Assembly (NCBI GenBank): GCA_963663385.2
Contig: CAXXXD010000004.1
Coordinates: forward strand, 1,135,761-1,199,760
Direction of reading: 5' to 3'
Length of the DNA stretch: 64,000 nucleotides
Source of the DNA: Oceanispirochaeta sp.
Lineage (GTDB): Bacteria; Spirochaetota; Spirochaetia; DSM-2461
In this document: positions 30,580 to 41,849 of the stretch, in pieces
Layout: the number at the start of each line of letters is the position of its first letter
How positions within the stretch are numbered: position 1 is the stretch's first letter
Translations under genes and position numbers: made by a program
Notes under the pieces: model-generated
The model's database searches: none
Seen by the model: only the letters and a program-made list of their open reading frames with translations
Told to the model about the DNA's origin: nothing

Positions 30580-31536
30580 TCAGTGCCGCAGACGGGCGGT
30601 TCTGAACTTATCGATAATAACAGCGATGATAATGACAATACCTCTTATAACCAGCTGCCAGAAGTAGGAAATGTTCATAATGGTAAGACCGTTGTTCAGA
30701 AAGGCTATAATCAGGGCTCCCAGCAGGGTTCCGAATATGCCTCCCAGTCCTCCGGTCATACTGGTTCCCCCCAGGATAACCGCCGCAATGGCATCCAGTT
30801 CATACCCCTGTCCCAAAAGGCCGTTGGCGCTGTAGAGACGGCTGGAGAGCATAACCCCCGCCAGTCCGGATAACAGACCGCTCAAACCGTAGACGACCAG
30901 CATAATCTGCCAGGTTTTAATCCCCGTCAGTTTTGCCGCTTCTTCATTTCCACCAACTGCATAGATCCTAACGCCCGTAACGGTACGTCTTAAAAGAAAC
31001 CACATGGCCAGGATAACAATCAGGGCTATCACCGTCAGCCAGGGGAGGGGACCGAGGTATTCATTCCCCACCCAGGCGTAGTTCAGATCGTTATTGATAA
31101 CGGTTGTCCCGTTGGCCAGAAGGTATGCCGCCCCGCGGAAGGCTGTCATGGAACCCAGGGTAACGATAAAGGGAGGGAGTCCTACAAAGGAGATCAGGGC
31201 TCCGTTTATCACACCGATGAACAGACCGAACACCAGCCCCAGGGGGATGGCCAGGGGGGACAGGGCCGGATGCAGGGATACCGCTACCGAGATGACTGCC
31301 GAAGAGGCCAGAATGGATCCCACCGAAAGGTCTATTCCTCCGGTCAGGATGACAAGGGTCATTCCTGATGCCAGCACGATATTGATAGAGGCCTGTCTCA
31401 GGACATTTGTCATATTATGAGTAGACAAAAAATTCTCATTCAGTAAGGAAAAAAGCAGGATAATCAGAATAAGGATCGGGAAAATCCCCATATTTTTCAT
31501 AACATTGCTGTTGTTCAGCTTTTTGACGAGAGTCAT
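30580..31536 (-). CDS. Monosaccharide ABC transporter permease (RbsC-like)
   Basis: [31 protein letters not shown]. Confidence 0.92.
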   Translation of the reverse strand: MTLVKKLNNSNVMKNMGIFPILILIILLFSLLNENFLSTHNMTNVLRQASINIVLASGMTLVILTGGIDLSVGSILASSAVISVAVSLHPALSPLAIPLGLVFGLFIGVINGALISFVGLPPFIVTLGSMTAFRGAAYLLANGTTVINNDLNYAWVGNEYLGPLPWLTVIALIVILAMWFLLRRTVTGVRIYAVGGNEEAAKLTGIKTWQIMLVVYGLSGLLSGLAGVMLSSRLYSANGLLGQGYELDAIAAVILGGTSMTGGLGGIFGTLLGALIIAFLNNGLTIMNISYFWQLVIRGIVIIIAVIIDKFRTARLRH

Positions 31537-33071
31537 ACGCTCTGTCCTCCTTTTACAAAGTTATAGTCCGGAGCCTGAACTCCCGTAGCATAGGAGATAA
31601 TATTCTCCTGGGTTATTTTTTCTTTATCCGCTATTTCTCCAACCATTTCGCCTTCCCGCATAACCAGTACGCGCTGGGCGATTCCGACAACTTCGGGCAG
31701 TTCGCTGGAGATGAATATGACTGCCACCCCCCGGGACGCCAGTTCTCCGATGATTCTGTAAATCTCGCTTTTGGCTCCCACATCGACCCCTCTGGTGGGT
31801 TCGTCCAGGATAAGGACCCGGGGATTGATCGCCAGCCAGCGGGCCAGCAGAACTTTCTGCTGATTCCCTCCCGACAGGGAGAGTACTTTAGCCGCCGGAG
31901 AGGCTACTTTTATATTCAGGTTAGAAATGGAATCCCTGGAAAACCGGGCATTGGTGCCTTTGGGCAGGATCCCTTTTGTGGACAGGGTCTGAAGAACATT
32001 CATTCCGATATTGTCGCTGACGCTCATATCCAGAAAGAGTCCCTGGGATTTCCGGTCTTCCGGGACATAACCTATACTATGCCTGATGGCATCTCCCGGT
32101 GAATTAATGGATATTTCCTCACCGTCAAGGTATATGGTCCCGCTTTGGGGGCGGTCTACTCCGAATATCATACGGGCCAGTTCGGTCCGTCCGGCTCCGA
32201 CCAGACCGGCTACTCCTACAATTTCACCGGCTCCCACTTCAAACGATATATTTTCAACCAGTTTGCCATCCGAGAAATTCTCAACAATGAAAGTTCCCTT
32301 TCGGACATTGGTATTAATTTCATGTTTATAAAAATCATCCAGGGAGCGTCCTACCATCATGGAGACAATTCTTCCGGGATCTATTTCATCATGTTCCAGT
32401 GTCCCAATGTACTCACCGTCTCTCAGGACACTGACTCTGTCGGCAATCCGGGATACTTCGTTCATTCTGTGACTGATGTATATGACAGAGATTCCCTGGT
32501 TCCGCAGAGAGAGTACAACTTCAAAGAGTTTATCCGTTTCCCTGTCGCTCAGAGCGGCAGTGGGTTCATCCATTATCAGAACCCTGCTTTCATGGTTCAG
32601 GGCCCGGGCTATTTCTATCTGCTGCTGTTCGGCTATACTGAGGCTGCCTGCCGAGTCCCCCGGAGAGAAGGAGGCTCCCAGTTTTTCTAGAATAAGCGCT
32701 GATTTTTTCAGCATGGCAGGACGGTCTACCAGTCCCCTGCGGGATATTTCACTGCCCATAAAAATGTTTTCTGCCACCGTCAGGTTCGGGGCCACGCTTA
32801 ATTCCTGATAAATCAGATTTACCCCGTGCCGGATAGCTTCAAGGGGATTGTTTATCTGCACTCTCTGACCGGATAGTTCAATATAACCCTCATCCGCCGA
32901 ATAAACTCCTGCCAGAATCTTCATCAGAGTACTTTTTCCGGCGCCGTTTTCTCCCATCAATACATGGACTTCCCCTTTCCGGACTTCCAGGCTGACCCTG
33001 TTAAGGGCTCTGACTCCCGGAAACTCCTTGCTGAGTCCATTCATCTTCAGGGTAATTTCCGTATTACTCAT
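31533..33071 (-). CDS. Monosaccharide ABC transporter ATP-binding protein (RbsA-like)
   Basis: [40 protein letters not shown]. Confidence 0.93.
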   Translation of the reverse strand: MSNTEITLKMNGLSKEFPGVRALNRVSLEVRKGEVHVLMGENGAGKSTLMKILAGVYSADEGYIELSGQRVQINNPLEAIRHGVNLIYQELSVAPNLTVAENIFMGSEISRRGLVDRPAMLKKSALILEKLGASFSPGDSAGSLSIAEQQQIEIARALNHESRVLIMDEPTAALSDRETDKLFEVVLSLRNQGISVIYISHRMNEVSRIADRVSVLRDGEYIGTLEHDEIDPGRIVSMMVGRSLDDFYKHEINTNVRKGTFIVENFSDGKLVENISFEVGAGEIVGVAGLVGAGRTELARMIFGVDRPQSGTIYLDGEEISINSPGDAIRHSIGYVPEDRKSQGLFLDMSVSDNIGMNVLQTLSTKGILPKGTNARFSRDSISNLNIKVASPAAKVLSLSGGNQQKVLLARWLAINPRVLILDEPTRGVDVGAKSEIYRIIGELASRGVAVIFISSELPEVVGIAQRVLVMREGEMVGEIADKEKITQENIISYATGVQAPDYNFVKGGQSV

Positions 33072-33088
33072 ATATTAAAACCTCATAA

Positions 33089-33319
33089 AAAAGGGCTGTC
33101 AAAAAGTGACCTCTGTCACTCTCCCTGCGTTAATTTTCTCCACGGAACTGGTCACAAGCTTTGCTTGTTGCTCGTTCATGCAACCTGGTTTGCTCATGTA
33201 CAGAAGTACATTCCGCAACCCTGGATGCTTGACCGGGCAGCCGGCTTGCCAGTGACCAGGTGGTTCAAAAATTGCCTTGGCAGATCAACAAATCTCGACT
33301 TTTTATAGGCAGCCCTTTT
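33089..33319. mobile_element. MITE-like structured element with IS1182-like terminal inverted repeats
   Basis: Ends AAAGGGCTGTCAAAAAGT / ACTTTTTATAGGCAGCCCTTT; nested internal stems (CTGGTCAC...GTGACCAG; TGTAC-AGAA-GTACA). Confidence 0.6.
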
Positions 33320-33331
33320 GTTTTTAGGGGA

Positions 33332-34294
33332 TTATTTACTGGTCCATCCCTGGAAGCTGTTTACATTTTCTTTTGTAATCAGCTCAACAGGAATCAGGAT
33401 CAGATCTTCAGCAGGTTTATTACCCTGAATAATATCCCAACCGATTTTTACAGCTGTTTCAGCCATGGTATAGGGGTCCTGAGCGGGAGTTGCTTCAAAG
33501 ATGCTGTCTGCTTCTTTAAGAACCACTTCCGCATCGGGAGAACCGTCAACACCGACAATAAACATTTCATCCTGTCTTTTTGCCTGTTTGATAGCCAGCT
33601 CACAACCGATACCGGTGGGGTCATTGATCGCAAATACAGCATCAACCGAATCAAAAGCTGTCAGGAGGTCTGTCATAACTCTCAAGCCCCCGTCACGGCT
33701 TCCGCCGGCATTCTGGTTTTCCGAAAGGATGTTGATTCCGGGGTATTTGGCAAATACCTCTTTCGCCCCGTTTACACGGTCGATTACAGCAGTTACAGGA
33801 GGTCCGTTAACGATAATAACGTTTCCGTTTTCTCCGATTTTATCGATAATGAACTCACCGGCCTGGACCCCGGCCTGATAGTTGTTGGACGTTACTGTAG
33901 CGTCAACACCGCCGTCGGCTCCGACATCTGCCGCAATAACGATAACTCCGGCGTCCTTGGCTCTGCGTACGGCAGGAGCAATCCCGGCGGAATCCACTGC
34001 ATTAAGAACGATGATCTGCACACCGTTGGCAATAAAGTTGTCAATCTGGTTAACCTGTTTGTTCAGGTCGTACTGGGCCGATTCGATATACACTTTTGCA
34101 TCGTCTCCGCCAATAGCTTTGGCGGCGGCTTTGGCACCTTCTCCCATCTGGAAGAAAAAGGGGTTCCCGATGTCACCTAAAGTAACACCTACAGCCTTCA
34201 GTTTAACTGGTCCTTCAGCAGTTTCCTGCTGACCCGCAGCGAACGCGCCGAATGAAATTGCAGCAATCAGGAGAATTGTTAATATTCTTTTCAC
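33332..34294 (-). CDS. Monosaccharide ABC transporter substrate-binding protein (RbsB-like)
   Basis: GTG start with AAGGAGG RBS; GNPFF, VTSNN.QAG, FAIND, GVDGSP, TPAQDP. Confidence 0.92.
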   Translation of the reverse strand: MKRILTILLIAAISFGAFAAGQQETAEGPVKLKAVGVTLGDIGNPFFFQMGEGAKAAAKAIGGDDAKVYIESAQYDLNKQVNQIDNFIANGVQIIVLNAVDSAGIAPAVRRAKDAGVIVIAADVGADGGVDATVTSNNYQAGVQAGEFIIDKIGENGNVIIVNGPPVTAVIDRVNGAKEVFAKYPGINILSENQNAGGSRDGGLRVMTDLLTAFDSVDAVFAINDPTGIGCELAIKQAKRQDEMFIVGVDGSPDAEVVLKEADSIFEATPAQDPYTMAETAVKIGWDIIQGNKPAEDLILIPVELITKENVNSFQGWTSK

Positions 34295-34590
34295 CTGTGC
34301 CTCCTTGTTTGATTTGATTTGTAAGGTTATTGTAAATTAGAATTTCCATTTGTCAACTTATAAATTTACAAATAATCAGCGCAAAGATAGCAAATAGTCG
34401 TTATATGTAAAGTTTATACTCTCTGTATCCCTTTTTAAGTCGTTAAGGGGAAAAGTTTTGTGTAAAATTTATTTCAGGGAAGCATCCTGTTGTAAAAAAA
34501 TATGTTTGTAATGTAAATTAAATGACAAGGGGGCGAAGTTTCAGGCCTGAGCGGCTGATTCCTTCACCCCCGATAGGCGGAGCCTGTGTT

Positions 34591-35967
34591 TCAGGCTGTT
34601 GCTTTACTGGCTTTTTTTGACATTATCAGGGAAGCTTTCTGTATGTTGCGGCTGTTTATCCAGCTGCTCAGGGGGCCCATCACCAGGTAGGACACCGCCA
34701 AAGCCGTAAATATTCCTGTGAATCCATAGTAACGGGAACCCAGCATGGCAAGGGGGATATAGACCCCGAACATCTGCAGAAGGGTCAGCATGGCAGAGTG
34801 TACCGGTTTTTTCATAACATTCAGTGTGGTAACTGCAATCATCATAATCCCCTGAAGACCGTAAGCCAAGGGAACAATTCTCAGATAGCGGAGAGCCACA
34901 TTCACTACACCCGGATCATCATTGATCACTCTGATAAGGGGTTTTCCGGCTATCAGGAACAGCAGATAGATTCCCAGTCCATAGGCAAGGGAGAAGCTGT
35001 TGGAGATCTTTATTCCCCGCTTTACCCTGTTTTGAAAACCGGCGCCCCAGTTCTGACCGATAAATACGGGAATCACCGCAATCAGAGCATTAACGAGCAT
35101 CAGGGCAAACATATCCAGTCTTGTGGCTACGCCGAAACCGGCTACCGCTTCCCGTCCATGAACCGCTATCAGGCCGGTGATTATTCCCGAACCGATGGGG
35201 ATAATCATTTTAGACAGGATGTTGGGAATTCCCACATGAAGGAGTTCTTTCCAGACATTCAGAACCAGAGAGATCTTATGGTCTTTGAAAGAGATGACTT
35301 TTTCCCGGTGTATCAGGATATACCAGGCAACGCAGAAAGTGACTCCTCTGGACATTACAGTTGCCAGAGCGGCTCCGGAAACGCCCATTTCCGGGAAGGG
35401 GCCAATGCCGAAAATCAGGAGGGGGTCCAGTATCATATTCAGAACCGCCGCAATGAGCATGACCTGAGAGGGAGTCTTCGTATCGCCCATCCCCCGGATA
35501 GCCGAGTTGGCGGTCATGGGAATAACAACAAAGATAACCCCCCAGTACCAGATGCTCATATAATCCCGGATTACTTCCAGTGTTACCCTATCGGCTCCCA
35601 GAAGTGTAAAAATCGGTGTAATGGTAAGCTGACCGGCCAGGACGAAGAAGGCAACCGTCAGAAAGGAGAGGGCCAATCCCCAGGTAATAAGCCTAGTCTG
35701 TTTTTCCCGGTCCTGCCGTCCTGCCGCCCGGGATACGGCGGCTGTCATCCCGACACCCAGTCCATGGGCAATGCTGCCGATGATCATGACAACGGGAAAG
35801 GTAAAAGACAGGGCCGCCAGCTCCACCGTTCCCAGTTGTCCCACATAGTAGGTGTCCACCAGATTGAAGACCAGCATTCCGAGTATGCCGAGTGTCATGG
35901 GGGCGGTCAGTCTGGCCAGAACCGTTCCCTCTTTTTCGCTGGTTATCATTTTAGTATTTTTATTCAC
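34591..35967 (-). CDS. MATE family efflux transporter
   Basis: NLVDTYYVG.LG..ELAA, RG.GDTKTP, LDPLLIFG, GAALAT; about 12 TM segments. Confidence 0.93.
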   Translation of the reverse strand: MNKNTKMITSEKEGTVLARLTAPMTLGILGMLVFNLVDTYYVGQLGTVELAALSFTFPVVMIIGSIAHGLGVGMTAAVSRAAGRQDREKQTRLITWGLALSFLTVAFFVLAGQLTITPIFTLLGADRVTLEVIRDYMSIWYWGVIFVVIPMTANSAIRGMGDTKTPSQVMLIAAVLNMILDPLLIFGIGPFPEMGVSGAALATVMSRGVTFCVAWYILIHREKVISFKDHKISLVLNVWKELLHVGIPNILSKMIIPIGSGIITGLIAVHGREAVAGFGVATRLDMFALMLVNALIAVIPVFIGQNWGAGFQNRVKRGIKISNSFSLAYGLGIYLLFLIAGKPLIRVINDDPGVVNVALRYLRIVPLAYGLQGIMMIAVTTLNVMKKPVHSAMLTLLQMFGVYIPLAMLGSRYYGFTGIFTALAVSYLVMGPLSSWINSRNIQKASLIMSKKASKATA

Positions 35968-36473
35968 TTTTCATTTCTCCTGTGCTGTCTGCAGCAAACC
36001 TGTTCCTCTCCGTTGTGGGTGATGATATTTTCATACATGATATGGAGATAATGCAGCGCTTCCTGCTCCTCTTCTTCACTCATCCCTTTACTGAGAATTC
36101 CCATGGAACTCTTCAATATTCTTCGAACCTCCGGTGCGATGGTCCGTCCCTTTTCTGTCAGATAAAGGCGGTAGGAGCGTTTGTCCTCCGGGTGCTGTTC
36201 CGACCGGATATAGTCCTGTTCGCTCAGTTTGCGGATGGCCTTGGCTGTTGTGGCCTTATCAATGGCCAGCAGTTTGCTCAACTCTTTCTGGGTTACCCCT
36301 TCATTCCTTGCAATGTGATTAAAGAACAGGTACTGACCGCTGCCGAATCCGAAGGCGGTAAACTCCCTGTTCAGATGAATCTGGAGATGCCTGTAAATAG
36401 CGGAGATGTGATGCCCGAAGGATTTTTTTACGCATTTTCTCTTGTCACAAATCATTTTTCTACTCCCTTTCAT
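35964..36473 (-). CDS. MarR family regulator
   Basis: TQKEL...L.IDKAT.AKA...L, DKRS..LYLT.KG. Confidence 0.92.
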   Translation of the reverse strand: MKGSRKMICDKRKCVKKSFGHHISAIYRHLQIHLNREFTAFGFGSGQYLFFNHIARNEGVTQKELSKLLAIDKATTAKAIRKLSEQDYIRSEQHPEDKRSYRLYLTEKGRTIAPEVRRILKSSMGILSKGMSEEEEQEALHYLHIMYENIITHNGEEQVCCRQHRRNEK

Positions 36474-36645
36474 CGCTCAAAATTAGTATGCCATTGCAAC
36501 TATCTATCTGAAATAATAGTAGGCTATTGCAACTAAGTCAAGAGAAAATAGTGTGTTATTGCAACTAAATCACACCCGGTTCAATAGAAAAAAGTGCCGG
36601 GATGCTTCGAGAACTACGGGATGAACTTTAGTGATCCATAGATAC

Positions 36646-36674
36646 TTGACAAAAATATTTCTCCCCATTATGTT
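36646..36674 (+). promoter_or_regulatory. Sigma70-type promoter of the rib operon
   Basis: TTGACA-17 bp-TATGTT, ending about 12 nt before the riboswitch. Confidence 0.7.
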
Positions 36675-36685
36675 GTGTTTAACAT

Positions 36686-36816
36686 GATTCTTCGGGGCAG
36701 GGTGAGCTTGTTAATAAGCAATTCCCTACCGGCGGTTAAAGCCCGCGAGCCTGTTGTAAACAGGTTGAACTGGTGAGATTCCAGTGCCGACAGTATAGTC
36801 TGGACGAGAGAAGAGT
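36686..36816 (+). ncRNA. FMN riboswitch (RFN element)
   Basis: TTCGGGGCAGGGTGA..ATTCCCTACCGGCGGT.AAAGCCCGCGA...CTGGTGAGATTCCAGTGCCGACAGTATAGTCTGGA.GAGAGAAG, upstream of ribD. Confidence 0.95.
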
Positions 36817-36836
36817 AACGTATAAGTGGATTACCA

Positions 36837-36874
36837 TGCCCCGGACAGGTCCAATCTGTTCGGGGTATTTTTTT
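36837..36874 (+). terminator. Riboswitch expression-platform terminator
   Basis: ATGCCCCGGACAG...CTGTTCGGGGTAT followed by a T-run. Confidence 0.8.
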
Positions 36875-36977
36875 GTTTGAAAGGATTTGGTGTCGCAGGG
36901 CATCAGATACTTTCTGATAGAAAATCCGCCCACCCGTCTTTTTTTCAATCACAGGCCCCGGAAAAGGGGCGTTATTC

Positions 36978-38084
36978 ATGCAAACAGATGAACTTTTTAT
37001 GAGGAAAGCTCTGGATCGGGCCCGTCTGGGAGAGGGGAAGGTGCTTCCCAATCCCATGGTGGGGGCTCTGATTGTCCGGGACGGCAGAATCCTTGGACAG
37101 GGGCACCATGCCTGTTACGGCGGGATCCATGCCGAAGCGGCGGCCCTGCGGGACTGCCGGGAAGATCCGAAGGGGGCGACCCTCTATGTTACCCTTGAAC
37201 CCTGCTGTCACAGGGGTGAGGGAAAACATAATCCGCCCTGTACGGATGCCATCCTGAAAGCGCAGATTTCCCGGGTTGTTATCAGCCGTCTGGATCCCAA
37301 TCCCGCTGTTTCCGGCAGGGGCGCCGGTATTCTGAGGCAGAAAGGCGTTGAGGTTCACTGCGGGATTCTGGAAAAAGAGTCGGCCCGGCTGAACCGGGTG
37401 TATGAAACCCTGATCTGCACCGACAGACCGTACGTCCATCTGAAAGCGGCCCTGACTCTGGACGGATTTCTGGCTGCCGCCGACGGCAGTTCCAGATGGA
37501 TCAGCGGGAGCGAATCCCGGGAGAAGGTGATGGCCTTCCGTTCCCGGTGCGACGGCATCCTGACCGGACGGGGCACCCTCTATGCGGATCTGCCGTCCCT
37601 GACGGTCCGTCATCCCGATAACAGCCACCGGAATGACCCGCAGCCTGCAAGGATTTTTCTCAGTACGAAAGGGCATATCCCCGGGGACTGGGAGAAGCCG
37701 GGCGGTCCTGTTCTTGTCTATCACGACAGGAGTGTTTCTCAGCCGGGTTGTCCGGAGTCTTTTCAATTCACCCCTGTCCCGGCAGGTGAAAACGGCCTTT
37801 CTCTTCCGGATGTCCTTTCCGACCTTCGCAGGCGGGGGATACGGCAGCTGCTGGTCGAGGGGGGATCCCGGGTGTACGGATCCTTTATCCGGAGCGGGCT
37901 CTGGGACAGACTGACCCTTTTCATCGCCCCTGTTCTTCTGGGCGAGGGAATCCCCTTTTCCGACGGACTGGATATCGGTTCCATAACTTCAAAACTGCAT
38001 CTGAAAGACGTAAGCTCCGTCCCCAGCGGGGATGACATTATGATCGACGGATACCGGGAGGCGCTGTCGTGTTTACCGGCCTGA
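36978..38084 (+). CDS. ribD: Riboflavin biosynthesis deaminase/reductase
   Basis: PNPMVGA, HAE, TLEPCCH, PPC, TLDG, LLVEGG. Confidence 0.95.
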   Translation: MQTDELFMRKALDRARLGEGKVLPNPMVGALIVRDGRILGQGHHACYGGIHAEAAALRDCREDPKGATLYVTLEPCCHRGEGKHNPPCTDAILKAQISRVVISRLDPNPAVSGRGAGILRQKGVEVHCGILEKESARLNRVYETLICTDRPYVHLKAALTLDGFLAAADGSSRWISGSESREKVMAFRSRCDGILTGRGTLYADLPSLTVRHPDNSHRNDPQPARIFLSTKGHIPGDWEKPGGPVLVYHDRSVSQPGCPESFQFTPVPAGENGLSLPDVLSDLRRRGIRQLLVEGGSRVYGSFIRSGLWDRLTLFIAPVLLGEGIPFSDGLDIGSITSKLHLKDVSSVPSGDDIMIDGYREALSCLPA

Positions 38085-38710
38085 TTCAATCTGTGGGTGT
38101 CATAAGGGGAACCCGGATAATCCCGGGCGGTTTTCTTCTGAATATACGCCACGGTTTCCCTGCCGCTCCGGAAAAAGGGGCCTCTGTTGCCGTAAACGGC
38201 GTCTGCCTGACCGTAACGGAGGACCGGCAGGGGATTTTCTCTGCGGAGTGTTACTGGGAAACCGCCCAGAAGACCAATCTGGACCGCCTGAAACCGGGAA
38301 TGAATGTCAATCTGGAAATGTCGCTCCGGGCGGACGGGGCCCTGGACGGTCACCTTGTGCAGGGACATGTCTCTTCGGTTGTACAGGTGATACGGACGCT
38401 TAAACGGGGCAGGGGGCTGGAGCTGACGGTCTCTTATCCGCCGGAACACGCTGACGCTCTGATACCCGAAGGATCGGTTGCCCTGGACGGGGTAAGTCTG
38501 ACTATAGCCGGTTTAGGGGCGGGGGAGCTGTCGGTTCAGCTGATAGGGGAAACCCTGGAGCAGACCACCCTGAAGGAGCGCCGCCCGGGGGACCTGGTCA
38601 ATATGGAAACGGATTTTCTTCTGAGGCGGCGCCGCCTGCCCGGACGGAGTGAGAAGAACAAAGAGCAAACAATAACAATGGGCCGTCTGGCCGAATGGGG
38701 GTATGTATGA
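38069..38710 (+). CDS. ribE: Riboflavin synthase
   Basis: MFTGLI, S.AVNGVCLTV, GHLVQGHV, GSVALDGVSLT. Confidence 0.95.
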   Translation: MFTGLIQSVGVIRGTRIIPGGFLLNIRHGFPAAPEKGASVAVNGVCLTVTEDRQGIFSAECYWETAQKTNLDRLKPGMNVNLEMSLRADGALDGHLVQGHVSSVVQVIRTLKRGRGLELTVSYPPEHADALIPEGSVALDGVSLTIAGLGAGELSVQLIGETLEQTTLKERRPGDLVNMETDFLLRRRRLPGRSEKNKEQTITMGRLAEWGYV

Positions 38711-39939
38711 AAAAGACAAGACTGACTGTAGAAGAAGCGATTGAGATTATAGGATCGGGGGGCATGATTATCATGACCGACGATGAAGACCGGGAAAATG
38801 AAGGGGATCTGGTAGGGGCGGCCCGTTTTGCCGATCCCGGTATGATCAATTTTATGGCTTCCCATGCGAAGGGACTGATCTGCTGCGCCATTGAAAAGAA
38901 GCTGTGCGAAAGGGCCGGTCTGGTTCCGCTTGATAGCAATGACGGCCCGGATGCCATCCACGGGACGAAATTCTGCACGCCCATTGATGCGATCAGGGGC
39001 TGTGAAACAGGGATTTCCGCCTACGACCGGTCCACTACCCTCAAACGGCTGGTGGCGGCCGACTGTCACCCCGATGATTTTGCCCGGCCCGGCCATATGT
39101 TTCCCTGTATGGAAGCCGACGGCGGCCTTAAGGTACGTCAGGGGCATACGGAGGCTACGGTGGAACTCTGCCGTCAGGCCGGACTGGAAGGGGCCGCCGC
39201 CATTTGCGAAATTATGGACAACGACGGGACGATGGCCCGCTGGGACCGTCTGAACGAGATGGCCGCCGAGTGGAACCTGGGAATCCTGACCATTGAGGAC
39301 CTGATGCTCTGGCTGGAAAAGAAGAAAAAAGAGGTGGAGAGCCTGCAGGATATACCTGTCAGACTCCCCACTGAGCGGGGGGATTTTCATATGGAATTCC
39401 TGACTCCCCGGGAGGGGGAACATAGTACGGGGGGGGATCATATCTGTCTGGTCAGAAAGAGTGATTTTTTTGAAACCAATCCGGAGGGACCCCTTGTGCG
39501 AATCCATTCGGAGTGTCTGACGGGGGATCTTTTTGCTTCCAGCCGCTGTGACTGCGGAAAGCAGCTGGCGGTTTCTCAGCAGATGATCGAAGAAGAGGGC
39601 GAGGGCTACCTGATCTACCTCCGTCAGGAGGGCCGGGGAATCGGGCTGAGAGCCAAAGCCGCCGCCTACCACCTGCAGGATGCCGGTCTGGATACTCTGG
39701 ACGCCAATCTGAAACTGGGCTATGAGGCAGATGCCAGGAGCTACCGTTCCGCAGCGGCGTACCTGAAAGCGAAGGGGCTGAAAAATATCCGCCTTCTGAC
39801 CAATAATCCCGATAAAATCCGCCAGCTGGAGAAAGAGGGCTTAAGGGTTACACGGGTTCCCCTGCTGATAGAAGCGGGGAAAGAGAACAGCCGCTATATA
39901 GAAACAAAACAGAACAGAATGGGCCATCTTTCGGCTTAA
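38707..39939 (+). CDS. ribBA: DHBP synthase / GTP cyclohydrolase II
   Basis: [49 protein letters not shown]. Confidence 0.95.
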   Translation: MKKTRLTVEEAIEIIGSGGMIIMTDDEDRENEGDLVGAARFADPGMINFMASHAKGLICCAIEKKLCERAGLVPLDSNDGPDAIHGTKFCTPIDAIRGCETGISAYDRSTTLKRLVAADCHPDDFARPGHMFPCMEADGGLKVRQGHTEATVELCRQAGLEGAAAICEIMDNDGTMARWDRLNEMAAEWNLGILTIEDLMLWLEKKKKEVESLQDIPVRLPTERGDFHMEFLTPREGEHSTGGDHICLVRKSDFFETNPEGPLVRIHSECLTGDLFASSRCDCGKQLAVSQQMIEEEGEGYLIYLRQEGRGIGLRAKAAAYHLQDAGLDTLDANLKLGYEADARSYRSAAAYLKAKGLKNIRLLTNNPDKIRQLEKEGLRVTRVPLLIEAGKENSRYIETKQNRMGHLSA

Positions 39940-39965
39940 TCAGAGATAAACAGGAGAATAAACGA

Positions 39966-40442
39966 ATGGACAATTTTAACAATGTAAAAGAAGGATACCT
40001 GAATGGAGAGGGGCTGAAGTTCACCCTGGTTGTGAGCCGGTTCAATGATCTGATTACCTCCCGGCTGGAAGAGGGCGCCATGGACTGCCTTGTCCGGCAC
40101 GGAGTCAAAAAGGAGGATCTGAAGGTTATCCGGGTGCCCGGCGCTTTTGAAATCCCCCTGGCTGCGGCCTGGGCGGCAGATGAAAAGACCGATGGCGTTG
40201 TCTGTCTGGGCGCGGTTATCCGGGGAGGAACCCCTCACTTCGATTATGTTAGTGCAGAGGTTTCCAAAGGGGTGGCTTCGGTCTCCCTGGAGAAGAAACT
40301 GCCCATGGGATTCGGCGTACTGACCTGCGATACCATGGAACAGGCTCTGGAAAGGGCCGGAGTCAAGGCGGGCAATAAGGGCTGGGAAGCCGCTGTTACC
40401 GCCCTGGAGATGGCGGCGCTGAGACGGGAAATGTCTGCCTGA
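39966..40442 (+). CDS. ribH: 6,7-dimethyl-8-ribityllumazine synthase
   Basis: [32 protein letters not shown]. Confidence 0.96.
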   Translation: MDNFNNVKEGYLNGEGLKFTLVVSRFNDLITSRLEEGAMDCLVRHGVKKEDLKVIRVPGAFEIPLAAAWAADEKTDGVVCLGAVIRGGTPHFDYVSAEVSKGVASVSLEKKLPMGFGVLTCDTMEQALERAGVKAGNKGWEAAVTALEMAALRREMSA

Positions 40443-40570
40443 GCCCGATAAGGATGGAATTCCGGTTTCCCGGAGTCTCTGCCGGTATTCACTGGCAGAG
40501 AGGCTGGCGTATACCTTATTATTTAAAGAAGAAAATCAGATTTTTTACTAATAGATAAGGAGAAAACTGA

Positions 40571-41095
40571 ATGAAGAAAATAGTCTTAATGACTCTTGCC
40601 TGCAGTTTGCTGTTTCTGGCTTGTGAGGCCACTTCCAGCGGCTCCGGCAGCGGGGGAAAAATTTCCGGTACCGTATCGATTACGGCAAAGGTCAAAGTCG
40701 GCAGTTTTTCCGGAGACTACTGGTTTACCGACGACTATACGGGAGAGGAAGATGTTGTGTACCGGGAGTTTTCTGCGGGTACTACCGGGTCTTTTGCTCC
40801 CCTGGAGTACGTGGAACCTGACGAGAAGGGACGCTACACCCTGGCTCTGCCTTCGGATGTGACCGATACGGGGGATGTGATTGCCTGGATCGATGCAAAC
40901 GGGGACGGCCTGTTTGACCTGGGAACAGAGGCCGGGTATTTCCCCATTAAGGAGATAGACGGAACCCTATATGTAGTCTCCTTCGGCTATATGATATTCG
41001 GGGATACGGAGACGTACCTTGTGTCCTACGGTACCGGTCAAAATGACGATATCGAACTGGTAGGGTATTCGGGGTATAATTTTACCCTGGACTGA
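40571..41095 (+). CDS. Hypothetical lipoprotein
   Basis: Lipobox-like FLAC; Gly/Ser linker; DxNGDG Ca-binding-like motif; RBS AAGGAG. Confidence 0.7.
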   Translation: MKKIVLMTLACSLLFLACEATSSGSGSGGKISGTVSITAKVKVGSFSGDYWFTDDYTGEEDVVYREFSAGTTGSFAPLEYVEPDEKGRYTLALPSDVTDTGDVIAWIDANGDGLFDLGTEAGYFPIKEIDGTLYVVSFGYMIFGDTETYLVSYGTGQNDDIELVGYSGYNFTLD

Positions 41096-41191
41096 CGCCT
41101 TAATTATTCTCTCCTCCGCCCTGGCAGGGGGGATTTGACTTCCGCTCCCTTTTCCATGTCATAATGACGAAACCGGAATAAGGGAGAAATT

Positions 41192-41545
41192 ATGAAGAGC
41201 CTCTACCATATTGTCGACAGATCAATTTACAAAAAAGCTTCAGAGACGGGATTCTTCAGTCCGGACAGCGTTGCCGGCTAAGGTTCTATCCATTGCTCCT
41301 ATGCGGAACAGGTCTGCCGGATTGCCAACTGGCTTTATAAAGATGAAACCGATTTGATTTTGCTGGAAATAGACCGGGACAGGACCGGCTGTAAAGTGGC
41401 AGACGAAGATCTTTGTGAAATGAATGAGTTGTTTCCCCATATATACGGCAGTCTGCCGAACAGTGCGGTGATTGCCCGGCATGAATTCAAAGCCGGTTCC
41501 GACGGGATATTCAGACTGCCTGGTTCTGTCGGGGTATCCTGCTGA
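41192..41545 (+). pseudogene. DUF952 family gene with an in-frame TAA at codon 30
   Basis: MKSLYHIV...SVAG*GSIHCS..QV..IAN...LILLEID...FPHIYG.L; stop at 41279-41281 where the family usually has EGFIH; RBS GGGAG. Confidence 0.8.
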
Positions 41546-41849
41546 GTTGTTCTAAATTATTCTAACAGTTACAAAATAATCTCATTATTAGTTGATATCG
41601 GTTGAGCGGGTGATGTCTGCTTGATTTATCTATGGCAGGGGTAATCCTGTTTTTGCCGTGGGAAGGGAGGCTTTACTGCGGTTTTTTGGTTTTAGCTAAC
41701 TAAAGTTAGTATATATTTTACTTTTAAGAAGAGGGGCTTTGGTATAAAATGAAACTGGTTTTACGGATGCGCTGATGGGTTTCAGTGATTCGTCGATTAT
41801 TTATAGGTTATGTAGACATTGTTGCAGGGTATTTTGTTTTAATGGGAAT

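Noticed and set aside
34798..36051. 417-aa plus-strand ORF, and similar long antisense ORFs at 28517-29500, 38536-39672 and 21776-22450
   Set aside because: Shadow frames opposite well-supported genes, with no motifs
41279..41281. Stop-codon recoding in the DUF952 gene
   Set aside because: TAA is used as a normal stop throughout the window and is not a Sec or Pyl codon
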